Part shown: positions 49,804 to 58,879 of the stretch, piece by piece
Layout: each line of letters opens with the position of its first letter
Position numbering within the stretch: the stretch's first letter is position 1
From: an uncultured cyanobacterium
Lineage (GTDB): Bacteria > Cyanobacteriota > Cyanobacteriia > CAKZMO01
DNA length: 64,000 nt
Direction of reading: 5' to 3'
Assembly (NCBI GenBank): GCA_963719515.1
Contig: CAVRCJ010000001.1
Location: 288,001-352,000, forward strand
Translations under genes and position numbers: made by a program
The notes under the pieces: model-generated
Told to the model about the DNA's origin: nothing
Databases searched by the model: none
Seen by the model: only the letters and a program-made list of their open reading frames with translations

Positions 49804-51168
49804 TTAAATTCTGGTGTCTAAATATCGGCACAGGTGGCGGGCAAATCGACTTTTCAGGGGACCGTTGCGGCGAACGCTAGTTTCCACTTCGGTTTCGTGA
49901 ATCAGGTCTGTAATCTCTTCGTCTAGCGCCTGAGCGAGGCGCTGGTCGAGATCCTGTAGATTAGCGGCATTGGTGAAGGTTTTTGCCAGCAGCAGGATGC
50001 GATCGCGCAGCAGCTGCAGCATCTGGTGCCGCACATCGGTCCGCAGGGGCTTTAGCTTCAGCAAAGCGGTCACCTGATCTTGACGGATATAGCCAATTTT
50101 GGGGGCAATGTCTTTCATGGCTTCTCCCAGGCAGTGAAACAGATGCAGCCCCTTGAGAAACCGCTGGGGGCGATCGCCCTTCCGCCGTCCTAGAAAGCTG
50201 ACCCGCTGCTCAACGACGGTTTTTAGGGCGTCGTCTAGGCTAGAGAGAAACTGCTGCCGGTATTCGCCCAGAAAGACGTCGGCTTGGACGTCATCTGAGC
50301 TGGCATCGGTGGCGGAGAGACTATTTAGCGTTTTGGCTTGGTCGGGGTTGTCTAAAGAATCGGTGGGCAGCACCTTGCTGCGGTTGTGGATGCGCAGGGC
50401 GCGAAGCTGCTGGGCCAGGCTCTGCAGCTGCTGCATGACCTGGTTAGCCGATAGCGACAGCGAATACTCGTCGGCCAGATATGCGGCAATGCGCTGCAGC
50501 TGGTCAGTGCTTGGGGGGGCGCACCGTCCTACCCGCTGCTTTTGCTTCTGCCGCCAGCGATCGCTCCGGTAGACGGCATTATAGCCTTCTAGGAGGGCGC
50601 TAGCCTGGGACATTTCGACGGCGCTCAGCAGATGAAACATCCCTGACGCCTCAAGCTGAGAGGGTTTGGTATCGTTTAATATAGCCCAATCGCTGACCAA
50701 ATAAACGCCGTGCTCTAGGAGGACGGCATTAACCTCGCTGTGCTGGCGAACAAGCCGAATAGTCCAGGTGCTGAGGCTGCTCTGCTGTGGGTCGAAACTG
50801 TCGAGAACTTTGCTGGCGAATGACTGGTACGACGATTGGGGGCGATCGCGGATTAGGGAAGTGTCGTCCAGCACCAGATGCAGCAGGTCGTAGCGGCTGA
50901 CGCCGTGGCGCTTGCCAAAGCCCGCTTCTAGGTCTTGGCAAGCGTAGACAATCTGGTGAGAGATGAAGCATCGCAAACAGGCTTCTGCAGCTTCCGCCTG
51001 ATGGGCTTTCAGCCACCGCTGGATGTCGCGGTGGGGCAGCTCCTGGCGCGATATGCGATCGCTGCCCTCTCGCTCAAGCCAGGTGCGGGTGCTGTCAATG
51101 GTTCTACGCTGTGGGGTTCCAGCGGCGGTGAGATGCAGAAAGGTCCAGTATTGAGAGATGTCATCCAT
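49804..51168 (-). CDS. sigma70/ECF-like or HetZ-like putative transcription factor
   Basis: Region-2-like FDPQQSSLSTWTIRLVR and C-terminal HTH-like GEAMKDIAPKIGYIRQDQVTALLK; first gene of the DUF1822 operon. Confidence 0.6.
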   Translation of the reverse strand: MDDISQYWTFLHLTAAGTPQRRTIDSTRTWLEREGSDRISRQELPHRDIQRWLKAHQAEAAEACLRCFISHQIVYACQDLEAGFGKRHGVSRYDLLHLVLDDTSLIRDRPQSSYQSFASKVLDSFDPQQSSLSTWTIRLVRQHSEVNAVLLEHGVYLVSDWAILNDTKPSQLEASGMFHLLSAVEMSQASALLEGYNAVYRSDRWRQKQKQRVGRCAPPSTDQLQRIAAYLADEYSLSLSANQVMQQLQSLAQQLRALRIHNRSKVLPTDSLDNPDQAKTLNSLSATDASSDDVQADVFLGEYRQQFLSSLDDALKTVVEQRVSFLGRRKGDRPQRFLKGLHLFHCLGEAMKDIAPKIGYIRQDQVTALLKLKPLRTDVRHQMLQLLRDRILLLAKTFTNAANLQDLDQRLAQALDEEITDLIHETEVETSVRRNGPLKSRFARHLCRYLDTRI

Positions 51169-51355
51169 TATCAGTCCTCTAGGTCGTTGAGCGGCAGGGC
51201 ACGACTCCGCCACTAGACTACAGAATTCTTCACTAATGGGAAATAGCTCTGAGCATTTTGAACCTATGGAAGTTTTGAGGTGCTGCCTGAGGTTCTGAAT
51301 TCTGAATGGGTTGGGACGCAGTTTGATGCGCCCATACTACTTGTGGATTGTGGAA

Positions 51356-52804
51356 TTAAAGGCCGTTGCCGATGAGGATAAAGGGTGCCCAGTAGTAGGG
51401 GTGGGCTAAGGGATTTCGCTCAAGGCTTGCGCCTTCTATGACAGTGCCTCTCAGGCTTGGAGAGACATCTTCGCGCTTGATCATCGAAAGCTGCGCCTGC
51501 CGCAGGGCCGCGCCGTAGGAACTGCCCTCCTGCAGCGCTCGATAAAACGCTTCCATAAACGCAGGCGTGCTGCCGTCGCTGATGGCCCATAGAGAGGCGA
51601 TCGCCGCTCTGGCACCAGCCTGCTGCGCTAAATAGCCAAAGCCCAAAATTTCTTCGCCGTTGTCAAAACCGCCTATCCCCGTTTCACAGGCGCTCAGCAC
51701 GACTAAATCCACGTTTTGCAGGGACCAGTTACGCATATCGGCGAGGGTGACGCGATCGCCATTGCCCATCAAGATAAAGGAGTCCTGCGGGGAGCCGGGG
51801 ACAAAGACGGAGTTAGAAGCTAGGTGCAGGACGGTGTAGTTGTTCATTTGAGACCGGAGCGCCGCCGTCGTGAACGCCTCGTTGAGCAACACCGTCGTTT
51901 CAGGCACGATCGCAGCGATCGCCTCCACTTCAGCGCCGGTTCCAGGCAGGCCCGTCAGCGAAACTGGGCGATCGCCAAGTTCAATGTCGTATGTGCCTTC
52001 CGTGTGGGCTGCGGCTAAGACCCTCAGAGGTGCCTGGGGCGATCGCTCTAAATCGGTCAGGGTTGCCGCTGTGATACGGTTGACGATAAAGCGCTCTGTG
52101 AGCCAGCTTTCCCCATCGTGGAGTGCGGCAAGGGGAATATAGCGCAGCGCGCCGTCTGGGGCGTAGAGCAGCGCTTCGGTGCCCGCAGCGGTGAGGGCTA
52201 CCTCCATGGGCTGGATGAGCCACTGGTAGAGCTGCTCAGCGACGGGGCGCGGGTCGCTGCTGGGGTCGCCCAAGCTTTGGCGGAACGCTGCGACAGCTTG
52301 GCTGACCTCAGCGCGAGAAACCGGTACGGTGTAGGTGAGCGGCGACGCGTCGGGGGTGAGCAGAACAAGCTCGATGCGGTCTTCTAGCAGCAGGGGGTAG
52401 AAGATCGCCGCTGGCCGCTCTAAGCGCTGTAAGTTATCTTGCAGGGCGGCGAGATCTTCGAGGGGAAGGGTCGCCTGTCGCTGCCGGGACGCTTCAAGCT
52501 GCTGGACTTCTGGGCTGTCGAGGAACTCACGAAACTGATGAACGAACTGCCGCTGGAGAATGCGTAGGTCTTCGAGCCGCTGCTGTTGCTCAGGAGTGCG
52601 CTCGTCTAGTGGAATGCGCTCTAAGTGACGGCGATCGCGGCCCGCTTCGATGGCGGTGGTGTACTGCTCAGTTAACTGTGACTCAGCCCCCCGAAGTTCG
52701 ATGCCCTGTTCTGTTTGTGCAGATTCGGCAGGGGCGATCGCGGTGGGGTTGAGCAGGGCGATCGCGCTTAGGAGGGCGGTGAGGGTGGGTTTGATAGATT
52801 TCAT
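51356..52804 (-). CDS. exported stand-alone CHAT domain protein, catalytic His replaced by Asn
   Basis: Signal MKSIKPTLTALLSAIALL..AESA; no TPRs; HLASNS in place of HxATHA; LSACETG and HPYYWAPF retained. Confidence 0.85.
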   Translation of the reverse strand: MKSIKPTLTALLSAIALLNPTAIAPAESAQTEQGIELRGAESQLTEQYTTAIEAGRDRRHLERIPLDERTPEQQQRLEDLRILQRQFVHQFREFLDSPEVQQLEASRQRQATLPLEDLAALQDNLQRLERPAAIFYPLLLEDRIELVLLTPDASPLTYTVPVSRAEVSQAVAAFRQSLGDPSSDPRPVAEQLYQWLIQPMEVALTAAGTEALLYAPDGALRYIPLAALHDGESWLTERFIVNRITAATLTDLERSPQAPLRVLAAAHTEGTYDIELGDRPVSLTGLPGTGAEVEAIAAIVPETTVLLNEAFTTAALRSQMNNYTVLHLASNSVFVPGSPQDSFILMGNGDRVTLADMRNWSLQNVDLVVLSACETGIGGFDNGEEILGFGYLAQQAGARAAIASLWAISDGSTPAFMEAFYRALQEGSSYGAALRQAQLSMIKREDVSPSLRGTVIEGASLERNPLAHPYYWAPFILIGNGL

Positions 52805-52820
52805 GGTGATTATGGGGTTG

Positions 52821-52888
52821 GGCACAGCATGCTGTGCCGGTACGTTTGGGGATGGTTTGGATGGGTTGGGGCACAGCATGCTGCGCCC
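52821..52888. repeat. two REP-like palindromes GGCACAGCATGCTG(T/C)GCC
   Basis: Perfect 18-bp palindrome at 52821-52838 and a near copy at 52869-52888. Confidence 0.7.
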
Positions 52889-52910
52889 GTACGACTTGTG
52901 GATTGTAGAA

Positions 52911-55900
52911 TTAAAGGCCGTTGCCGATGAGGATGAAGGGTGCCCAGTAGTGGGGATGGCTGAGGCCGGTCGAGCTAGCTCTTGCGCCTGTGGGGACGAT
53001 GGTGGCGGGTCCGCCGCCTTGCGGAGCTGCGATCGCATCTGCGGTTCCATCATCTTCGCTGGAGGTGGCTTCGCCCTGGGCAATCAGGGTTTGCTGGGCG
53101 AGCTGTAGGGCTCTAGACTTAGATTCACCCTGCTGCAGCGCATCGTAAAAGGCGGTCATCAGCACTTGGGTACCCTGATCGTTTACCTGCCACAGCGAAG
53201 CCAACGTTGCCCTGGCCCCAGCCCGCTGAAACTGATAGCCCAGCCCCAAAATCTCTTCCCCGTTGCCAAAGCCGCCCAGCCCCGTTTCGCAGGCGCTCAG
53301 CACGACTAAATCGACGTTTTGCAGGGACCAGTCGCGCACGTCAGCTAGGGTAGGGCGATCGCCGTTGCCAAACAGTATGAAGGAGTCTTCGGGAACGCCG
53401 GGGACGAAGGCGGCGTGGGTAGCAAAGTGGATGATGTCGTGCTCGTTGAGGCGCGATCGCACTGCAGCGAGGCTAAAGTCTTGGTCGAGGAAGGGGGTGA
53501 TGTTGGGCAGGCTGGCGATTAGGGTTTCGACTTCTATTCCGGCAAAGGGCAAACCCTGAAAGTCGACGCTGCGCTGCCCCACCTGCACAGGGTAGCTGAG
53601 AGTCTCGTCGGCGAAGGCTCCGGCCAGGACGCTGGGCGATTTGGCGGGCTGGGCGGCAAGATCGGTGAGCGATCGCGCGGTGATGTTGTTGACGGCGTAG
53701 CGCTGGGCCAGCCAGGTCTCGCCGTCGTGGAGGGCCGCGAGGGGAACGTAGCGCAGCTGTCCGTCGGGGGCGTAGATGATGGTGTCGATGTCGAGGTTGG
53801 CGAGGTCGTCTTCTAAGGGTTCAACCAGCCACTGGTAGAGCTGATGGGCGGGGGTGATGACGTCGCTATTGGGGTTTTCGAGAGCCTGCCGGAAGGCGAG
53901 GATGGCGCGGTTGAGGTCTTCTCGGGTGACGTTCTCGACGGTGCGCCGCAGGGGGGGAGAGTCGGGGGTGGTGAGCACGAGTTCGAGCCGGTCGTCTAGG
54001 ATGAGCGGGTAGAGCAGGACGGCGTTGAGCTGGCCCAGGTCGTTCCGCAGGGCGGCGATATCGGCGGGGTTGAGGGTTTGCTGGCGGGTGGTGGTGCTGA
54101 GCTGGCTGATGAGAGTAAGGATTTCGTCGCTGTCGATGAAGTTGTTGAACTGGCGGGTCAGCTCTTGCTCTAGGTCAACGAGTTCGCGGATGCGGGCTTG
54201 CTGAGCGGGGGTGCGATCGCTCTCTGGGGTTTGGCGGAGCTGGGTGAGTTCTTGGCCGAGTTCGATGGCTTGCTGCTGGCGGGCGTTGAAGCGCTCCAGG
54301 ATTTCTTGCTCGGGTTGCCAGTATTCGACGCCGCTGGCGGTGGTGGCGTTGCCGCGAACACCGCGCAGGTAGTCATCGAGTTCTTGGACTTTGAGCAGGT
54401 CTAAGACTTGCTGTGCTTCTAGGATGCGGTTTTGTTGGAGGAGGAGGTCGGCGAGTTTGCGGTAGGTGCTTTCAATAGTGTCGGTGAAGGACTGCTGTTG
54501 CTCGGTGGGTAAGTCACGCAAGCCGTCGCGGATGTCTTCGCGAACATTGACGGACTGCTTGAGAAAGAGGATGGCGAGCTGGGGATGGTTCTGGTCGGTA
54601 AGGAGGTTGCCGATATTGCTGAGCCAGGTTCCTTGAGCAGCGCGATCGCCAATATCTTGGTGAATGGCTAGAGCTTGCTGGTAGGAAGCGATCGCCTGTT
54701 GGTATTGCCCCAGGTTGCGGTAAGCGAGGCCCAAATTGCCCAGGGCGGCACCTTCCCCGCGCCTGTCCCCTATCTCTTGGGCTATCTCAAGGTGCTGCTC
54801 ATAGAAGGCGATCGCCTGTTGGTATTGCCCCAGGTTGAGGTAAGCGATGCCCAAGCCGCCCAGGGCATTGCCTTCCCCGCGCCGGTCCCCTATCTCTCGG
54901 ACAATGTCAAGCTGCTGCTCATAGAACGCGATCGCCTGTTGGTATTGCCCCAGGTTGTCGTAAGCGATGCCTAAGTTGCCCAGGGCATTGCCTTCCCCGC
55001 GCCGGTCCCCTATCTCTCGGGCTATCTCAAGTCGTTGCTCATAGAGTGCGATCGCCTGCTGATATTGCCCTAGATTGTCGTAAGCGCTGCCCAAGTTGCC
55101 CAGGGCATTGCCTTCCCCGCGCCGGTCCCCTATCTCTCGGACAATGTCAAGCTGCTGCTCATAGAAGGCGATCGCCTCTTGGTATTGCCCTAGGTTGCGG
55201 TAGGCACTGCCCAAGTTGCCGAGGGCAACGCCTTCCCCTTGTCGGTCGCCAATCTCTCGGGCGATTTCAAGGTGCTGCTCATAGAAGGCGATCGCCTGTT
55301 GGTATCGCCCTAGCCTGAGGTAAGTAGTGCCCAAGTTACCGAGGGCAACGCCTTCCCCTTGTCGGTCGCCAATCTCTCGGGCGATTTCAAGGTGCTGCTC
55401 ATAGAAGGCGATCGCCTCTTGGTATTGCCCTAGGTTGCTGTAGGCACTGCCCAAGTTGCCCAGGGCATTGCCTTCCCCGCGCCGGTCGCCAATCTCTCGG
55501 GCGATTTCAAGGTGCTGCTCATAGAAGGCGATCGCCTCTTGGTATTGCCCTAGGTTGCGGTAGGCACTGCCCAAGTTGCCCAGGGCATTGCCTTCCCCGC
55601 GCCGGTCCCCTATCTCTCGGGCGATTTCAAGTCTTTGCTCATAGAGTGCGATCGCCTCTTGGTATTGCCCTAGGTTGCGGTAGGCACTGCCCAAGTTGCC
55701 CAGGGCATTGCCTTCCCCGCGCCGGTTGCCTATCTCTCGGACAATGTCAAGGGATTGCTCATAGAATGCGATCGCCTGTTGGTATTGCCCCAGGTTGTTG
55801 TATGTAAGGCCCAAATTGCCCAGGGCATTGCCTTCCCCTTGCCGGTCCCCTATCTTCCGATAAATCTCTAACGCCTGCTCCCACGACTGCAGCGCCTCGC

Positions 55901-56432
55901 GAAACTGACTCACATTGAACTGCTCAATCCCCTCCTGGAACAGCCGATCGGCCTCTGCCTTGCGATCATCCTCAACTGGTGACTCCGCCTCACTGCCCTG
56001 AGATTGTCCTTCTGTGGCCACCTCCCGCACCATCAGCCGATACCGCCCCCGATTCTCCGCATCAGCCGCATTAGCAATCACCATGTAGGTGCCATCCTCC
56101 GGCAGCGTCACCACCAGGCCCGCATTCGTCGTCGTTTCGTCCAAATTGTTGTTCTGAGCGATCGCCTCCCCCTGCGGGTCTAGCAGCAGCAGGTAGGTGT
56201 CAAACGCCTCGCTCTCCATCACAATCTGCAAGGTCTGGCCCGCTCGCCCTTCCACAGGATAGGCATCATAGAGGCTGTCATCGTCTGGAACAACGCGATC
56301 GCCCTCCTCCAGCACCCCTTCCACCTGCAAAATCGGCTCCGCCTCCTGCGCCAGCACCCCGCCCGCCACCATCCCCTCTACCACAAGCGCCACTGCCGCT
56401 ATGCCAATCCACGTGATGAGGAAACGCATCAA
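52911..56432 (-). CDS. exported PPC + TPR + CHAT protease
   Basis: Signal ending VLA; PPC-like FDTYLLLLDPQG...LPEDGTY; ten 40-aa TPR units; HFATHA and LSACETG. Confidence 0.93.
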   Translation of the reverse strand: MMRFLITWIGIAAVALVVEGMVAGGVLAQEAEPILQVEGVLEEGDRVVPDDDSLYDAYPVEGRAGQTLQIVMESEAFDTYLLLLDPQGEAIAQNNNLDETTTNAGLVVTLPEDGTYMVIANAADAENRGRYRLMVREVATEGQSQGSEAESPVEDDRKAEADRLFQEGIEQFNVSQFREALQSWEQALEIYRKIGDRQGEGNALGNLGLTYNNLGQYQQAIAFYEQSLDIVREIGNRRGEGNALGNLGSAYRNLGQYQEAIALYEQRLEIAREIGDRRGEGNALGNLGSAYRNLGQYQEAIAFYEQHLEIAREIGDRRGEGNALGNLGSAYSNLGQYQEAIAFYEQHLEIAREIGDRQGEGVALGNLGTTYLRLGRYQQAIAFYEQHLEIAREIGDRQGEGVALGNLGSAYRNLGQYQEAIAFYEQQLDIVREIGDRRGEGNALGNLGSAYDNLGQYQQAIALYEQRLEIAREIGDRRGEGNALGNLGIAYDNLGQYQQAIAFYEQQLDIVREIGDRRGEGNALGGLGIAYLNLGQYQQAIAFYEQHLEIAQEIGDRRGEGAALGNLGLAYRNLGQYQQAIASYQQALAIHQDIGDRAAQGTWLSNIGNLLTDQNHPQLAILFLKQSVNVREDIRDGLRDLPTEQQQSFTDTIESTYRKLADLLLQQNRILEAQQVLDLLKVQELDDYLRGVRGNATTASGVEYWQPEQEILERFNARQQQAIELGQELTQLRQTPESDRTPAQQARIRELVDLEQELTRQFNNFIDSDEILTLISQLSTTTRQQTLNPADIAALRNDLGQLNAVLLYPLILDDRLELVLTTPDSPPLRRTVENVTREDLNRAILAFRQALENPNSDVITPAHQLYQWLVEPLEDDLANLDIDTIIYAPDGQLRYVPLAALHDGETWLAQRYAVNNITARSLTDLAAQPAKSPSVLAGAFADETLSYPVQVGQRSVDFQGLPFAGIEVETLIASLPNITPFLDQDFSLAAVRSRLNEHDIIHFATHAAFVPGVPEDSFILFGNGDRPTLADVRDWSLQNVDLVVLSACETGLGGFGNGEEILGLGYQFQRAGARATLASLWQVNDQGTQVLMTAFYDALQQGESKSRALQLAQQTLIAQGEATSSEDDGTADAIAAPQGGGPATIVPTGARASSTGLSHPHYWAPFILIGNGL
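54648..55847 (-). repeat. 10 x 120-bp intragenic tandem repeat (TPR units)
   Basis: Near-identical units at DNA level, each DRxGEGxALGNLGxAYxNLGQYQxAIAxYEQxLEIAREIG. Confidence 0.95.
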
Positions 56433-56656
56433 ATTCTCTCCGCCAAATGACTCCAGTAGTCTATACCGCTAGGCCGAATAGAGGTATGGAAATTAACAGT
56501 GTTTGATGGTGGCCCTCAGACCCCTGGAATCTAGCAGCTTTTCTCCAACACCACCCGTATTTTGTAGAGATTCCAGCGGTCCACTTCAAGCGCCATACCC
56601 TTTGACACCTCAGAGCTACTTAGCCTATGACTAAGACGTGTTGAGGAGAAAAAACA

Positions 56657-58798
56657 ATGAAGCGACCTACGGGAACCCCGCTACTAGGCGCGATCGCCCT
56701 ATCCACTGGCCTGCTCACCCTGCTCGCCGCCCACCGCCAGCCCGCCACCGCCCAGTTCCAGCCCGCCCCCCAGGACTCCTATTCCTTCTTCGGCCAGCAG
56801 ATTCCGCTGACGACCCAGTCCGACGTCGTTGCCGTCGCCTTTGCGCCACAGTCCGGCACGCGGGGCGTTGGGCAGCCGGCCTACGCTCAGCTTGAGGCCG
56901 ACCTTCGGGGAGAGCCTACAGGAACGCGGGGCGGTCGCTCCCCCTCCCCCTTGCGCTTCGACGTGTGGGTCAGTCCCTTAGGCGATCGCTACGCCTTGGT
57001 CACCACTGAAGACGGGGAAACCGTCCGTCAGGCGATCGCCCAGCGTCCCTACGTCGAGGCAACTCTGCCCGTGTTGACGGTGGGCAGTGGGGAGGACGCT
57101 GCGCAAGTGGTGCTACCCAACGAGATTTTGCTCAGCCTGGAGCCGGATTTGTCGGGCAGCGAGCGGCAGGCGCTGCTCAATCGCTACGGCCTAGAGGTGG
57201 TGAGGCCCCTACAGTTTGCCCGCGATCGCTACCTCGTGCGATCGCGGCGCGAGGTGGGGCTAGCGGTGCTGGAGGTGGCCAATCGCCTCCACGGCGCTGT
57301 GGGAGTTGAGTCCGCCACGCCCAACTTCATTCAGTCGGTGCCCTACCGGGTGCAGGCGCAGGATATCGAAGACGCGACGTTGAGCGATCGCCCCAACGCC
57401 GCCGCCCAGCTCCAGCAGCTTCTGGGCTCATTCCCCAAAATCGACACCGCTTTCCCCAGCAGCCTGTCTCCCCTCGCCTGGCACCTCGACAGTACGCCTC
57501 AGCGCGGCAGACTGCAGCCCCGCACCGACATCCGCGCCACGGAAGCCTGGGGCGAGGGCAACGGCGGCGAGGGCGTAGTGGTAGCCGTTATCGACAGCCT
57601 TATCCAGTGGGACCACCCCGACCTAGCGCAAAACCTCTACTCCACCCAAGATCACCCCGACCGCTACCCCGGCGAAGAGTACGGCTGGGATTTCACCAGC
57701 GAGGCCAACTGCCCAAACGCCCAGCCCGACTGCATTCCCGGCGACCCCGATACCCGCATCAGCGCCGCCGAGGTGGACCTGCTACGCCCCCACCTGCAAA
57801 ACACCTTCCAGCTTTCAGACGCCGCCCTGCTGGAGACCTACAGCGGTTTGGCAGGGCGGATCAAGGAGCGCTATCCCAGCCTCTCCAGCGCCCGCACCGC
57901 TAGCCTCATCCGCAACCTCATTCGTGGTGATATCTCGTCCGAGTTCCACGGCACCTGGTCCGCCGGGGTAGTGGCTGCCCATCCCCAGGGCGGGGAGGGG
58001 GCGATTGGGGTTGCACCTATGGCCAAGATTTTGCCGGTGCGGGTATTTGGCATTGAGGGGGAAATCACCACAGCGCGGCTGATTGAAGCGGTGGGCTATG
58101 CCGCCGACCGAGGCGCGGATGTAATCAACATGAGCTTGGGTAGCGCGGTACCCGACCAGGCGTTTGTTGACCAGATTTTCGCCGTTTTAGACGAGAACCC
58201 CGAGCTTGTGATTGTCGCTTCGGCGGGCAACGACAGCGTCGACGGCGTGGGCTTTCCCGCCGCGACGCCGGGGGTGCTCTCGGTGGGGGCGACCAATCTG
58301 GAGGGCCAGCGCACTTACTACAGCAGCTACGGCGGGCGGCTCGACGTGGTGGCCCCCGGTGGGGAGACAAATCTGTTCCAGCAGGGCGGCATTCTCACCA
58401 CGGGGGGCACTTGGGTCGATGGGTTTTGGAGCGCTTTAGAGGCCCCGCCCTACGGCTGGGGTGCGGCCCTAGACCCGTTAGGTAAGTACGTCCAGGTTCA
58501 GGGCACCTCCTTCTCGGCTCCGGCGGTTTCCGGGGTGGTGGCGCTGATGAAGGGGGTAAACCCGTCGCTGGAGCGCGATCGCCTGCTGGCGGTTTTGCGG
58601 GAGACGGCGAGCTATGAGGGCCTGACGCTCACCCGCGCGGACCTAAACCGCTACCGACTGCAGCGGGAGGTAGGTCTGACGCTGATGGAGGACCGGGTAT
58701 CGGGCCTATTTCCGTTCCCGGAGCCGATTTCGCCAGAGGAGTATTTCTTTGGTGCGGGGTTGGTGGACGCGGAAGCGGCAGTGGAGGCGGTGCGGTAG
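56657..58798 (+). CDS. exported S8 subtilisin-like serine protease
   Basis: Signal peptide and propeptide; catalytic VAVIDS, FHGTWSAG and QGTSFSAP; oxyanion SAGND. Confidence 0.93.
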   Translation: MKRPTGTPLLGAIALSTGLLTLLAAHRQPATAQFQPAPQDSYSFFGQQIPLTTQSDVVAVAFAPQSGTRGVGQPAYAQLEADLRGEPTGTRGGRSPSPLRFDVWVSPLGDRYALVTTEDGETVRQAIAQRPYVEATLPVLTVGSGEDAAQVVLPNEILLSLEPDLSGSERQALLNRYGLEVVRPLQFARDRYLVRSRREVGLAVLEVANRLHGAVGVESATPNFIQSVPYRVQAQDIEDATLSDRPNAAAQLQQLLGSFPKIDTAFPSSLSPLAWHLDSTPQRGRLQPRTDIRATEAWGEGNGGEGVVVAVIDSLIQWDHPDLAQNLYSTQDHPDRYPGEEYGWDFTSEANCPNAQPDCIPGDPDTRISAAEVDLLRPHLQNTFQLSDAALLETYSGLAGRIKERYPSLSSARTASLIRNLIRGDISSEFHGTWSAGVVAAHPQGGEGAIGVAPMAKILPVRVFGIEGEITTARLIEAVGYAADRGADVINMSLGSAVPDQAFVDQIFAVLDENPELVIVASAGNDSVDGVGFPAATPGVLSVGATNLEGQRTYYSSYGGRLDVVAPGGETNLFQQGGILTTGGTWVDGFWSALEAPPYGWGAALDPLGKYVQVQGTSFSAPAVSGVVALMKGVNPSLERDRLLAVLRETASYEGLTLTRADLNRYRLQREVGLTLMEDRVSGLFPFPEPISPEEYFFGAGLVDAEAAVEAVR

Positions 58799-58879
58799 GG
58801 ATGAGGGGCGATCGCTTTCCCATACCTTCTCTTGGCCGAGAGGTATACACTGCTATGTGTCTCGGTCGGAGCAATTCTC

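Noticed and set aside
51306..52965. Near-identical 3' gene ends as a DGR template/variable repeat pair
   Set aside because: Mismatches are not confined to adenines of one copy and no reverse transcriptase is present; simple duplication explains it.
52805..53083. N-terminal 93-aa extension of the stand-alone CHAT ORF
   Set aside because: It overlaps the upstream gene and REP-like repeats; a clear signal peptide begins at ATG 52804.
54648..55847. Regular repeats resembling a CRISPR array
   Set aside because: They are contiguous 120-bp coding TPR units with no unique spacers, and there are no cas genes in the window.
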